Shown here: piece after piece, positions 38,971-50,775 of the stretch | How the letters are laid out: each line of letters begins with the position of its first letter | How positions within the stretch are numbered: the first letter of the stretch is position 1 | From: Girardia tigrina | Taxonomy: Eukaryota | DNA: 52,106 nucleotides | Direction of reading: 5' to 3' | NCBI GenBank assembly: GCA_001938485.1 | Contig: MQRK01220079.1 | Location: forward strand, 5,233 to 57,338 | The notes under the pieces: generated by a model | The model's database searches: none | Told to the model about the DNA's origin: nothing | What the model saw: only the letters and a program-made list of their open reading frames with translations | Translations under genes and position numbers: made by a program

Positions 38971-40419
38971 TGATGGTGGCCGGTAGACTTTTTTTGCTGT
39001 CATTTGTTTTTTTTGTTTGTTATGGTTTCAACTCATAATAAATGTTTTGTCGAACTTTCTTTGTGTTCTCTAAATTAAATATATTATGACTGACAAAAGT
39101 TTAAAATAATGTAACAAATTAGAAATTTGAAAATTTAGACCATAATAAAACCATAAAACAAATTAATTAAAACATGAAACCCTTTTCATAAAATTCAGGC
39201 CATTTTAAACAAAATTGTCGATAGGTAATATCAACTTATAAAACATATTATTGAAACTAAATCATCCCATAGACGACAATTACTTTCAGTCTTAATAAAA
39301 AATAGTTTTAAAAGGAACCCGTAAGGTATCGGATTTTGTTCACTGGTGAGGTGATAGGACCATATGAACTTGATCTGGTACGACACGAACCATTTCCTGG
39401 TGTCAAAAGAAAGTTGGTAAAGGGGTTCGTGTCAAAAATAATTTGTTGTTTTTTTTTAAATACAATGTAGACAATGTTGGTTTTTTAAAATGTAGATTAA
39501 AGAGAAAAAATACTTTAAAAAAAGTACAAAATCAACAAATAAATATAATAGTAATTTTCCCTTCTACAAAATATAACAAAAAAATTCTTTTGGCAAAATA
39601 TAATTCTGCCAGCACAAAGAATGGATATAAAACATTTTTTTGATTTACTAGTTTGAATTAATTTAACATTTTAAACTGTTCAAAAATGCGTTCTGATGTA
39701 AAAATATTGGATATACTTTAATTATAATTATTTTATATTTTGAAATCACTTCATCGATTCCAAATCTTGACATAATAATTCAAATATGCCCAATTCATAA
39801 CCTCAATGGCTCTAAGCGTATAAATATGAATTAAAATTTAAAATTTTACAAATTCTAATTGTTTTTACATATAATGCCTCTTTCACATAATTTGTAACGC
39901 AACAAAATGACTTTTCAGACAAATACTGCCCCGGTAACAAACCATAACAAAATCAAAAGCAGTTTCCTCCTCAAATTGTAACGTAAAAAATTGATATTTT
40001 TCAAGCTAAAAAATAATACCTTGAAATGCACGAAAAATTGTCATAATCTTAACTTAGGGGGCGTATTGTGAGAATAAGAAAATGGACTGCCATAAAATTT
40101 TAACTTTAAAAAAATAATTAATAATTACAGAAACTTAAAAAATCTCCCAATAAAATTTATCGAAAACTCAATGTCATCTCAATCTGATACATATATTATC
40201 ATACATTTGTTATTTATTCTGGCAAGAGCATGCAAGATGCTCTTCAATGCTTATCATTGGAAAATCAGTCAATTCTTCTTCTGCTGGTTCAATCTAAAAA
40301 TCTTGAGGATACTTATTTGAAGATTGTTTGACTGCAATGAAAACTTGATTCTTGAGAAATAAATATTACTTAGTTAACTCTACTCTTCTGTTATTTCGTT
40401 CTATCATAAAAATCCCTCT

Positions 40420-40620
40420 CTTAACAACACCGGTATTATGTATTTTTGATACGAATCGCGAGATAATCACGGATACGGGCGCCAGCTTTTCAGCATTTGA
40501 GAGTTATTACAAGAAGACGGTTCAGAATGGATATCGGCTAGTGGATCCGAAACTCTGCATAATCACGAAAAAGGTTATTGTGTAACCAGAAAAGGGTCAT
40601 AATAGTGAATTAAGAATTAA
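40420..40620 (+). mobile_element. Small Gypsy RNase H remnant
   Basis: LTTPVLCIFDTNREIITDTGAS motif. Confidence 0.6.
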
Positions 40621-40911
40621 TTTAGTCTGAGACTTTAGGTGCCAGTAAAAGCATTTTAAGGTATTTAATTTGTATTATAGAATTGAATCAGATTAAGGAA
40701 AGGCGCTAATGAAGTTCAATTTATGCAATTTATAGAAAATATTTAAAATGTAAAGAATGTTAGAATTATTTTATTTGAAAAACTTTCGAAATATAATGCA
40801 TTATTTAATTATTAATTTTCCAGATTAATTAAAATAACATCTGAAAAACAGAATTTATAATTGTTTTTTATTGTAAAAATTATTAACATTGATAAAATAG
40901 AAGCGCCCACA

Positions 40912-41796
40912 TCATGACCTCTCTCTGCGATGGCGGTGACTCGAGGACTTTTTATGCTTATGTCTGTCTTTATCTCTTTCTTCCTGTTTTCTCTTTCTGT
41001 TTTCGTAATCAGATTCACTTTCGGATTCATCGATCGATAATGGTTCCATTCGTTTCTTTGTCTCTCTGCGATGGCGGTGACTCGAGGACTTTTTATGCTT
41101 ATGTCTGTCTTTATCTCTTTCTTCCTGTTTTCTCTTTTTGTTTTCGTAATCAGATTCACTTTCGGATTCATCGATCGATAATGGTTCCATTCGTTTCTTT
41201 TCTTTTGTTTTGATAGACTTTTTCAATTTTTTCTTTTTTGGTTTTTCATCTTCGTCATCTTTCTTACTTTCCTTACTTTCAATTTCTTCGATTTTTCGTT
41301 TAGATTTACTCTTCGGCGGTTTGTTGAATATTTCACTGGAATCTTTTACATGATCGCTTTCGATATTTAAAGCAGTTTTAAATTTTAAATCCTTTATTTT
41401 GTTCGCTATGGCTGACTCGTGAGTTCCTTTACCGACAATTCGACCACATGAATCCTTTTCTAAATTTTTAGCAATACCATCTTCTTTCTTTTTCATCTGT
41501 TCGATGTCCTTATCGATTAGTACCTGTCTATAAGCTTTGACCTTCACTTCAATGTCTTCTGCAGAAAATCCTTTTTCCTCCATTTCGTATTCTAATTCCG
41601 CACATTTTAATTCAATTTTCCGTTTTCTTTCGTGTTCAAGAATACCTGGATCAGGTTTCTTATAAATAGGTTCCTCTTTGATTTCAGGTAGCTTGAACTC
41701 GGCAATCTTTTTATTGGTGACATTAGCGAGATTTCTGTGCACAAATCCATTTGTACCGCTTCCACGAGGGGTTGTTAGACCGATTCCGTTGTACAT
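40912..41796 (-). CDS. CWC21: Pre-mRNA splicing factor CWC21 / short SRRM2 homologue, 294 aa, intronless
   Basis: Diagnostic N-terminus MYNGIGLTTPRGSGTNGFVHRNL, cwf21 domain ILEHERKRKIELKCAEL, THESAIA, K/R/S-rich tail. Confidence 0.96.
   Translation of the reverse strand: MYNGIGLTTPRGSGTNGFVHRNLANVTNKKIAEFKLPEIKEEPIYKKPDPGILEHERKRKIELKCAELEYEMEEKGFSAEDIEVKVKAYRQVLIDKDIEQMKKKEDGIAKNLEKDSCGRIVGKGTHESAIANKIKDLKFKTALNIESDHVKDSSEIFNKPPKSKSKRKIEEIESKESKKDDEDEKPKKKKLKKSIKTKEKKRMEPLSIDESESESDYENKKRKQEERDKDRHKHKKSSSHRHRRETKKRMEPLSIDESESESDYENRKRKQEERDKDRHKHKKSSSHRHRRERS
40920..41200. repeat. 141-bp tandem duplication (47 codons) in the CWC21 C-terminus
   Basis: 40920-41059 vs 41061-41200, one mismatch (K/R). 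Confidence 0.97.
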
Positions 41797-42390
41797 TTTA
41801 ATAAGATAAATTTGTATTAATGAAACAAATTAAATTAAACCGTTCTCTTATTTACACATTTGACATATAAATGTTAAAAATTTATTAAAAATTAGTTTAA
41901 TTTAAAGAAAAGGTCGTTCCAAAATTTTGTTTTTAATAATTATAAACTTTAAAAAAGAAACTTCTAATTAAATGAACAAAATGACATTTTATATATTTTA
42001 TAAAATATTTCATAATATGTATAATTAAAATTTTTTAACATTGAGCCTTGTGACCATATTTATTGATAAATAATGTAATTGAAGAATATTTAAAAAATGA
42101 TCATTATTAATTAAAATTTTAAAAATTGAAAAAAACATTATTAAATAAATTTTGTATTTATTTTTTAAATATTAAATATGATTTATATTTATTTATATTT
42201 ATTATACTTATATTTATTTATATTACAAGTAAATGTTTTATACTTAAAACCAANNNNNNNNNNNNNNNNNNNNNNNNNNNNNNNNNNNNNNNNNNNNNNN
42301 NNNNNNNNNNNNNNNNNNNNNNNNNNNNNNNNNNNNNNNNNNNNNNNNNNNNNNNNNNNNNNNNNNNNNNNNNNNNNNNNNNNNNTAACT

Positions 42391-43603
42391 AATATTATTT
42401 AAATAATAATGAAAATAAGTAATTTATGATTTCATTTATTATGATATAACAAGATACAAATTAATTATTTGAAACTGAAATAAATATTCTTTTTATACAT
42501 TTATTAAACGTTTATGTTTTTAAATAGTTTACTGAAAATTCGATACCCTATTCGATTTTTATTTTAAAAACACAAAATATAAATATAACACAAGATTGAT
42601 AAGATTTGGTTTTAAGTATAAAACATTTACTTGAAGTGTTTGACAGCAATATAACTAATAAATTTAAATATAAAAAATTTAAAAGCTTATAACTAATAAA
42701 TTTGTAAGAAAAAATTTAAAAATTTTGTATGATCATAATTTCAAAAATTCTTTCATTAAATTTTTTACAAAATTATATTTTATTTATTTAATTATGTTTA
42801 AAATACGTTCTGAAATTTTATATTTTAAAAAGGTAAAATCAAAATTAAATTTTTTAATAAAAATAAAATAATATTAACTTAAATAGAGTGAAATAATTGA
42901 ATACGTTTAGGTCATTTTATATTATATTTTTAAAATTATTTTCATAATATAATATTTTAATAAAAATTAAAATATTTATGTAAAAGTTATTAATAATAAA
43001 TTTACTTAAAATTAAACATTAAATTAAATTTAAAATAAATTTATATTACTAAATTTTAATTTTTTAAATACGTTTGATAGAAATAAAATCAAATATAAAC
43101 CCTTATTTTTAATTATTTTTATTTTTTGGTTTAATTAATTAAATGAGTTGGTTAAGATGTCTTATTTGTTTATTTAATTAATTATTTGTTACATTGATTT
43201 TAAAAATTCTCTCAATTTTTATTCAAAAATTTATAGAAACTTTCAAAAAATATTTTCCTTAAAAATTTTAAAAACAAATACAAATTTTTTTAAATATTAA
43301 AATTTAAAAATATATAAGAATATTCTATTTTTATTGAAAATATTTTTTTACATATTAATTTCAAAATGATTCGGAATTTAAATAAATATTATTTAATGTT
43401 TGAAAATAAAATCTACTTTGTGTTTTTAAAATAAAAATCAAATAGGGTATCGAATTTTCAGTGAACTTTTTAAAAAACATAAACGTTTAATAAATGTATA
43501 AAAAGAATATTTATTTCAGTTTCAAATAATTAATTTGTATCTTGTTATATCATAATAAATGAAATCATAAATTACTTATTTTCATTATTATTTAAATAAT
43601 ATA
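42391..43603. repeat. ~185-bp inverted repeat arms (42391-42576 / 43417-43603) around an AT-rich spacer; foldback-like
   Basis: GAAAATTCGATACCCTA vs TAGGGTATCGAATTTTC and long flanking reverse-complement identity. Confidence 0.9.
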
Positions 43604-43628
43604 AGTAATTATTTTTATTTAATCTTTT

Positions 43629-43647
43629 TAATAATAATAATAATAAC

Positions 43648-43680
<33 letters not shown>

Positions 43681-43688
43681 TAATAATG
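43629..43688. repeat. (AAT)n microsatellite
   Basis: Direct reading. Confidence 0.95.
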
Positions 43689-44019
43689 AATAACACAAGA
43701 TTTTTAAGAATAAAAAATTTACTTGAAGTGTTTGACAGAAATATAACTAATAAATATTATATATATGTTATAATTATATGTAAAATAAATAAAAAGATAA
43801 ACAAAATAATTATAACACTACTTAATATTTTTCAGTAAATATTTATAAAATTTTTTATTATTAATGAATTAAAGGATACTTTTATGATCTTGGAATACTT
43901 AAATAATCCAAATATTAATATTTAGTATTTTAGAATTTAAATATATGATTTATTTTAATTATAAATAATAACTAGTAAATTAAAAAACATTTTTTATATC
44001 TTTATTAAAAAGTGAAAGC

Positions 44020-45196
44020 CATTTTTACAATTTATTTTTGTAATTAATTTCGGTGGATCACCCGCCATCTTCAGACTAAATTAACACTGACTTTTTGCAG
44101 CTTATATATGAGAAAGGTGATTGTGCAATCAATCATGTAATAAAGGCTCTATTTGAAAATGTTTAACAGAGAAGTTGAGTGTGAAGCTTGGACATTAATT
44201 TTTGGATACATGGATCTTATTAATAAGGCCTCACACGTTACTCTCTCAAAGTAATTTTTAAATCGATTACACAGAATTTTAAAATCATTTTCTCCGATTT
44301 TCTTTTTACATTTTAAATTATGTTCGGCAATATTGCTCCCATTATCCAACCGACTATGCTCTTTGATCCGTTTGCAGAGATGACGAGATGTCTCTCCAAT
44401 GTATGTGGCGTTACACCCATTACATGTAAACAAGATCGGAGCACAAACCGAGAGGAGTGGGAGATTTATTACTGAACATATCACGAATTTTATATGATTG
44501 GGAAATAATTTTTAGATTCATAGTATTTGGGATCAAACTTTTCAANNNNNNNNNNNNNNNNNNNNNNNNNNNNNNNNNNNNNNNNNNNNNNNNNNNNNNN
44601 NNNNNNNNNNNNNNNNNNNNNNNNNNNNNNNNNNNNNNNNNNNNNNNNNNNNNNNNNNNNNNNNNNNNNNNNNNNNNNNNNNNNNNNNNNNNNNNNTTAT
44701 CTAAAGTTTGATGAGTTAATTTTTCGATAAATGATTTTGACCATCCATTCTTATTTAATAAACTTGTTAATCTATTTAAACTTTCATGGACATTTAAATA
44801 TGTTGACGAAAGAGAACAAGAACGATATATTAGATATTTAATCATGTTGCTTTTGTACCTAGTTTCACAGAAACTACCCGGAGTTGTGTACAACCCCGTG
44901 TCAGTTTTTTTTGTAAATCCCTCCATTAGCACCAACATTAGCCTCTATTTTTTGTCCAAAATTGAAGAAAATATTGATTTGTTTTCCGGTTATAAACCAC
45001 TTGTATATAAAAGATACGTAGATGATGTATTTTTGATTTTCGAAAATAAAGATCATGTAAAACCACTTCTAAATTATATGAATTCGATCCATTCTAATAT
45101 CAAATTCACAGTAGAGGAAGAAGTGCAGAGTACTCTACCATTTTTAGACCTATTGATCAACAGGAAATCTAATTGCTATGAAACTGGAATTTACAG
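44020..45196 (-). mobile_element. 5'-truncated Penelope-like retroelement (RT + GIY-YIG) with inverted 5' segment (44921-45196 on +)
   Basis: Minus strand: KKTDTGLY thumb, then CNGCNATYIGETSRHLCKRIKEH...EALLI...PKIN GIY-YIG. Plus strand: PLAPTLA, YKRYVDD, IKFTVEEE, LPFLD, ETGIYR. Confidence 0.93.
44036..44080 (-). ncRNA. Minimal type I hammerhead ribozyme in a Penelope pLTR
   Basis: Minus strand: UUUAGU CUGAAGA U GGCGG GUGAU CCACC GAAA UUAA UU ACAAAA overlapping AAUAAA. Core boxes, stem II and palindromic stem III as in PLE hammerheads. One mismatch each in stems I and II. Confidence 0.8.
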
Positions 45197-45266
45197 AGTT
45201 GTCCAAAAGACAATTCTGATTGTATTGAAAATAAAAGTTAGAAAACCCATGTTGATGTTCTTAATA
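45195..45266 (+). mobile_element. 3' end fragment of the TGTGAGG LTR family
   Basis: Reverse complement of 25773-25845, ends GTTCTTAATA. Confidence 0.85.
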
Positions 45267-46169
45267 GTCACTGTAATAACTACACAGTAACACTCCTGAT
45301 TATCAACCAAGATAATTTTTATTTTTTTTTATCTCATGTAAATATATTTGTTTTTTTTGTTTGAGCCTGGCAATCTTTTGTTTATGTAATTCATACTTTC
45401 CTTTCTTTTTGTGATAAAAAAAACATTCAGTCTTGTCTAACACGATATTTTACAAATTTTAAACGCCTTTCTGCTATGTATGCGTTCTGCTATGCGTCCA
45501 ATCATTTACTGGCGAAATTTGTAGATTATTTTATTTTATTTTTTTGATTAGTTTATTTAGAAGAATAAGAAGATCATATTATTTAAAAGATAAAGAAGAA
45601 AGCCAAGAAAGAAAAAGAAGAAGCTTAATTATATAATTATATCATAAATGAATTAAATCAATAAAAAAACAATAAAAGAAATAATTAAAAAGTCATAACG
45701 GAATAAATTCAAGTAGAACTGTCAAATAGTGATAACACCGTTTTCTCTTGGGTGATTATCAGACCAACCTACAAAATAACTTTTGGATTATTTACATTAG
45801 TTTCTGGGACTTATCTCCTTTCGAAATCTGGGTTTGTATTTCTTCTCAAATTTGGTGTAAGTAATTGCTGTACCAATTATATAGTTGTTTGTTAAAAGCT
45901 AACCTTTTTTTAATCGACATTTGTTTATTTTTATTATCTTCATCTATAACTAAGCTCATTAAAAATATATTTTTGGTTAGCTTAGTTTTGTTAGTTATTT
46001 CATCAATTTTCTTTCTGTTAAAGTAACGTGAATATTGGTTGTCAGTTGACTAATCAGAGTCGTTACTTTAACAGTCACTATGAAATCTTCGTGTAAAATA
46101 GGAAAGTGAAAAGCCAAAGAAAATATTTTATTAATTAAAAAAGCATCAACGGTTAAGGTGATGCAAATA

Positions 46170-46740
46170 CTTGAAGAAGTGTATACTTCTTACAGTCATG
46201 ACTGTATTTCCGATGCTCACTGACAACTTACAGAATAAATTGTTTCTGCTCCTCATTTTTTGTAAACAGAGTATTGAACTCTTGCATCAATGCAACCCAT
46301 CGTTCTGCTGTGTCATTTACAACACAAAGCTCACTGACAACATTCTCAGCTAGTAGGTAATTTGGATTTGTATGCCAAGTGTCAAGATCAGTTTCCAAAA
46401 AGGAATCCGGAAGAGACAGGATCCTGAAAAAATTCCGTGTATTCTTAGAAACAAAATCATGAAGTCTTTTATCAGTTATCTTCAACGGTTCCACAGAGAT
46501 ATGTTTAGGAGGATACTCTTATACTTCATGTTTGAGTGCTTCAATCATGGATCTTTTCTCGAATCCATCCATATTTCTATCAAAGAAAGCTAATGCCACC
46601 AACTCTTCATTTAAATACCACAGCTGCCCACACATCTTTTTTTAACGGCCCCTTTGCTGATGGTGAATCAATTGTACTAATATATCTCAACGCATATCTT
46701 TAAGCCTTTAAGCAAATGTGTACTGCTGTCAGCCATTTTT
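46170..46740 (-). mobile_element. Decayed DNA transposase fragment (CC8K15.2-like, probably hAT-related)
   Basis: QLWYLNEELVALA, VVNDTAER, FNTLFTKNEEQKQFIL motifs. Superfamily assignment uncertain. Confidence 0.7.
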
Positions 46741-46819
46741 CATCAAAATAGTTTTCTAGTATCGGAGTACTGAATGAGAGGGTTGCAGGTAATAAAACTT
46801 AAAACAAAATTTTCATACA

Positions 46820-47260
46820 TATAAGGACCACCATATTACTGCATGGATGAATATTTCATTATTCGCTGATTGGTTTAAAAAATTTAATCTTTAAATGCCT
46901 AATCAAAAATATCAAGTACTTCTTTTTATGAACCATGCTCTACCACAGAAATGTGATTTATGCCTGAAAAATACCAAAATAATTTTCTTGTCACCAAATA
47001 GAAATAGATTTGCTTACCAGTCACTTGATCAAATAATTATTCAGGTCATAAAAGTGAATCACCGAAAATATTTTCCTCATGCAATATTTTGTTGATACAG
47101 TAACAGAAGATGTTCATAAACCTGTTGAACAGCTGAAGAAGGCTGTCGAATTCTGGATACTATTTATTGGACTGCAAAAGCTATTCGTGAGATTAGTCCT
47201 ATTACAGTTATGCGATGTTTTTCTCATGGTGGATTTCCTGAATTTTCTGCACCTTCTGTT
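46820..47260 (+). mobile_element. Tigger/pogo DDE_1 transposase remnant
   Basis: AWM...F.DW.KKFN, VLLFMNH, KIIFLSPN, QSLDQIIIQVIK. Confidence 0.75.
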
Positions 47261-47702
47261 TTAAAATGTTTTAACTGTTTTAAATAGAAATGTTTTTTTT
47301 GGTTTTTTCCATCCATGCTTTATAATGAATTTCTTATATTATTATTAACTATTTAATTGCAAAATAGAGTGGTAAAAAATTTTTCTGTGCAAATTTTATT
47401 TCTACAAAAGATTTAAATAGTTATTAATAACATAATAAATTTAAAAATGTAAAAAGTAATTTTCCATTTCACAATCTTTGTGTAAAACTCTCGTAATTCG
47501 ACATCGTTCTAAATTGATAACTTTTAGTTAATGTTTGTTAATAAACAATTATTCGAACAAATTTTTCATTATTTTCAGATTTTATTTTTAAAGTTCAAAT
47601 TTTGTAATTTTAGTATTAATTTTATTTACATATTAATTTTATTTAAAAATTATTTTATGGGAAGAAAGAACATTGATTTAATTCAAAACTTAGTTAGAAC
47701 TA

Positions 47703-48145
47703 ACGGATAACATCAAATAGTAGGTGGACATGAAATAGTAGGTGTAATGAAGTTTTCAAAAAATTTTCCACCTACTATTAAAATAGTAGGTGGAATCAAA
47801 TAGTAGGTGTATCGTTTTTAAAGCAATTTATAAAAAAAATATTTTTAAAAATGAAAAAAGAAACATGATGTGTATGGTGAACGTTTTGTAAAAAAGTATT
47901 TGTCGGAATCCCAAAAAGAAACTGATCACAGTGATAGTGAAGAAATATTAACTTATGATGCTTTTATTATCTATGATGAATAAATTCTTATTTTTCCAGT
48001 TTAATTCTTATTTATTTTTCAAGTTTAAGACAAGTTCAAAACAAAAGCACCAAATAGTAGGTGTAAACCAATATTGGGCGCCTTTTCAATTTTTTTTCCA
48101 CCTACTATTAAAATAGTAGGTGTCCTACTATTTCATGTTATCCGT
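47703..48145. mobile_element. MITE with ACGGATAACAT TIRs and TA TSD inserted in the LTR
   Basis: TA|ACGGATAACATCAAATAGTAGG...CCTACTATTTCATGTTATCCGT|TA. The paralogous LTR at ~26090 shows the empty site with one TA. Confidence 0.93.
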
Positions 48146-49644
48146 TATTTATTTTATTTAAATTTTAATATGAAGATTTGAAAAGATTTAATATTTTTAA
48201 TGTTTTTAAATATCTTAGCTGTACTTTAAAATATAAATTATACTCGAATAATTATTCATCGTGAACATCCAAAATATCAATTTTCCATCTGGGTGGGAGA
48301 AACACATTTCCAAATACTAAACTCAACATACAAAATTCAACAAACCAATTTCGACATACCAAATTTAAAATATTCCTCACATCCCCCTCGATTTAAATGG
48401 CTTTAGTCATTCAACATTTCTGATCAATATTCTGTCATTATCTAATTGTATCTCGTAACTTCTTTCATGTCGTCGGTTCTTTATTATCGCTGGGTCCATA
48501 TATCGATCCTCATCCTTCGTTACGTTTTCTTTCTTTATAAGCACTTTATCTCCAATTTGGAATACTCGATTCGTCTGTATCGTGCTTTTATTCATTTCCT
48601 TCTCGACATGTCTTTTTCCATCGGTGTTTTTCCACCAATGTCTTAGTTTTCTACCAAAAATTATTTCTTCTAGAGATATCCCTGTGGTTGCCTGAATTGT
48701 GCTATTTAGCATAAACTCTATTTCTGGCAGGGTTTCCGTCCAATCTTTGTGGACCTCGTCTTTCCTCCGTATATTCATGGCATCCCTAATTGTTCTGAAT
48801 TGTCTCTCAACAATCCCATTGGTATTGTGGTGGTAAGGACTGGAATATACTATCTCAGCTTTAAATTTTTTTGCTGTTTCTTTAAAAAGGGCTGATTCGA
48901 ATGTTTTTCCTCTATCGACATGGATTTCTTTTGGTGGTCCGTATTTCCAAATCAATTTGTCTAGTAATACCTTTCGCACGGTTTTCTCGTCTTGATGAGC
49001 TACTGCGTTCAAACTGATGTATCTGCTAAATTGATCGATTATCGCTAGTATGTATTGACATCCATTAATATTTCTTTAAAAAGGTCCGCAGAAATCCATA
49101 TATATTTTTTGGAATGGTTCATCAGCAGATTGTTTAATATGTTCCTCTTTTGCTTTTGTTGTTAAGGTCTTTCTTTTCTGACAATTCATACAACTTTGCA
49201 CAATTTCCTTTGCCGTTTTTCTCACATCTTCCATATCGAAATCATCTTTCAAATAATTATAAACTTTCTTGCTACCAGCGTGACACAGCATCTTGTGTAT
49301 TTCTTCCACGAATTCAGTCCTTTTACCTTTCGGAATCCAGTATTTGTTATCTATTGTCGTTACGATATCATCTTTCAGTAACCATTTCTTTTTTTTCCCA
49401 GTTTTGATATCTGATCTAATTTGTTTTATCTCGTCATTATCTTTCTGCCATTTGAATCCTTTGGATTCATCATCTAACGCTAGGATTCTTGTTTTAACTT
49501 TACCCTTCTTAGCTTCCTCATGCATAGTTTGGCTTTGTACACACATTTCACAGGAATTTCTCGACATTGCATCGGCGTTAGAGTGTTTTTCACCTTTCCG
49601 GTATTCCATTGTCATATCCAACCCACTTAGAAAATTTATCCAAG

Positions 49645-50424
49645 TGTTAGGTATATTAAAAAATATAAATTAAAAATAAAAGTATTTTGTTTTAATTAAT
49701 GGATAAAATAAAACTTTATTTATCCTCTTACAATAATAAATATAAAATATATATAAATAGCTAAAATAAAATTAGATAAAAAATATAAATAGTTCAAATA
49801 AAACAAAGAAAGATTTATGCGAAAAAGATAATTATGTGTAATTTAATTACAAATGAAGAAAGATTAGACTAAGGGAAGGACTATAAAAGAAAAAGATTTT
49901 GAAAAGAAAAGGTGACCTAATTATTTTTTCAAGTTACAAGAATTATTTATTTGAACTTAAAGACAAAGTTGAAATCCGACCTTAAAGGAATTTGTAAAGT
50001 CAGAATAAATTATTTAGTTGTCGGACAAGAACGAATAAATTATCACACAGGACGTTAATTTATTCCGTATCATTCATATAAAAACGATCAAATTGATAAA
50101 AATTAAGGAAGACAAAAAAATTGAACTCGATCATCCGAACTGAATCCAAGCAAAGCTATTATCAAAGTACGAATTAGCGCCAATATATTAATTTATATAT
50201 TTGTTTAATATATTTTTATATATTTTTAAAATGACATAGGGATAAACAAAACGTTGTTGTCCCGCTACCCAATATATAAATTCATTAAATAGGTTAAGTT
50301 CTTTAAAACTTATATCATTCTATTCTTGTATAATTTGTGAATAATAATTACATATTTATTAAAAGAAAATCTTATTGTTTTATTTTTTCTGTTAAAGTTT
50401 TTAAAAATCACCTATATCCCAACA
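49645..50424. mobile_element. Solo LTR (780 bp) inserted in Gypsy pol
   Basis: TGTT...AACA ends and perfect 4-bp TSD CAAG. Removing it restores QFQTWINFLSGLD. Confidence 0.93.
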
Positions 50425-50775
50425 CAAGTTTGAAATTGCGGAGTGATTGCTTTATGATCCGTTCTTAATAGAATTTTTTTGCCGTACAGATAGTACTTGA
50501 AGTGTTGTGTAAAATTGTAGATTGCCAGCAGTTCTTTTCTCGTAATACAGTATCCCAATTCATGTTTGTTCATTTTTTGGATCCATATGCAATCACTCTT
50601 TCTCTTCCATATATATCTTTCTGTGATAGCACCGCGCCAATGGTGTCAAAACTAGCGTCCGTGTCCAATATGAATTCTTTTCCGAAATCTGGGTATGCTA
50701 GTATTGGTGTATTGATCATTTTTTCCTTTAATTTTTGAAACGCTTCGTTGCATTCTTCCGTCCATATTAGCACAC

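Larger units (their letters stand above)
47488..50775 (-). mobile_element. 3' half of a Gypsy element: RNase H, integrase, PPT (48382-48390) and 3' LTR (47488-48381)
   Basis: LDTDASFDTIGAVLSQ, HKMLCH..CMNC, YMDFCGPF, HVDRG, NGIVER. Minus strand GAGGGGGA|TGTGAGG at the LTR start. Confidence 0.95.

Noticed and set aside
40812-41213. Overlapping repeated ORFs (119 aa -, 99 aa +)
   Set aside because: Shadow frames of the CWC21 141-bp duplication.
7433-44730. ORF-track entries containing X runs
   Set aside because: Artefacts of N gaps (7468-7638, 14260-14338, 16309-16774, 24813-25009, 32108-32157, 42254-42385, 44546-44696).
47703-48145. Short repeats with spacers resembling a CRISPR array
   Set aside because: Irregular spacing, both orientations, bounded by TIRs and TA TSD, in a eukaryotic context.
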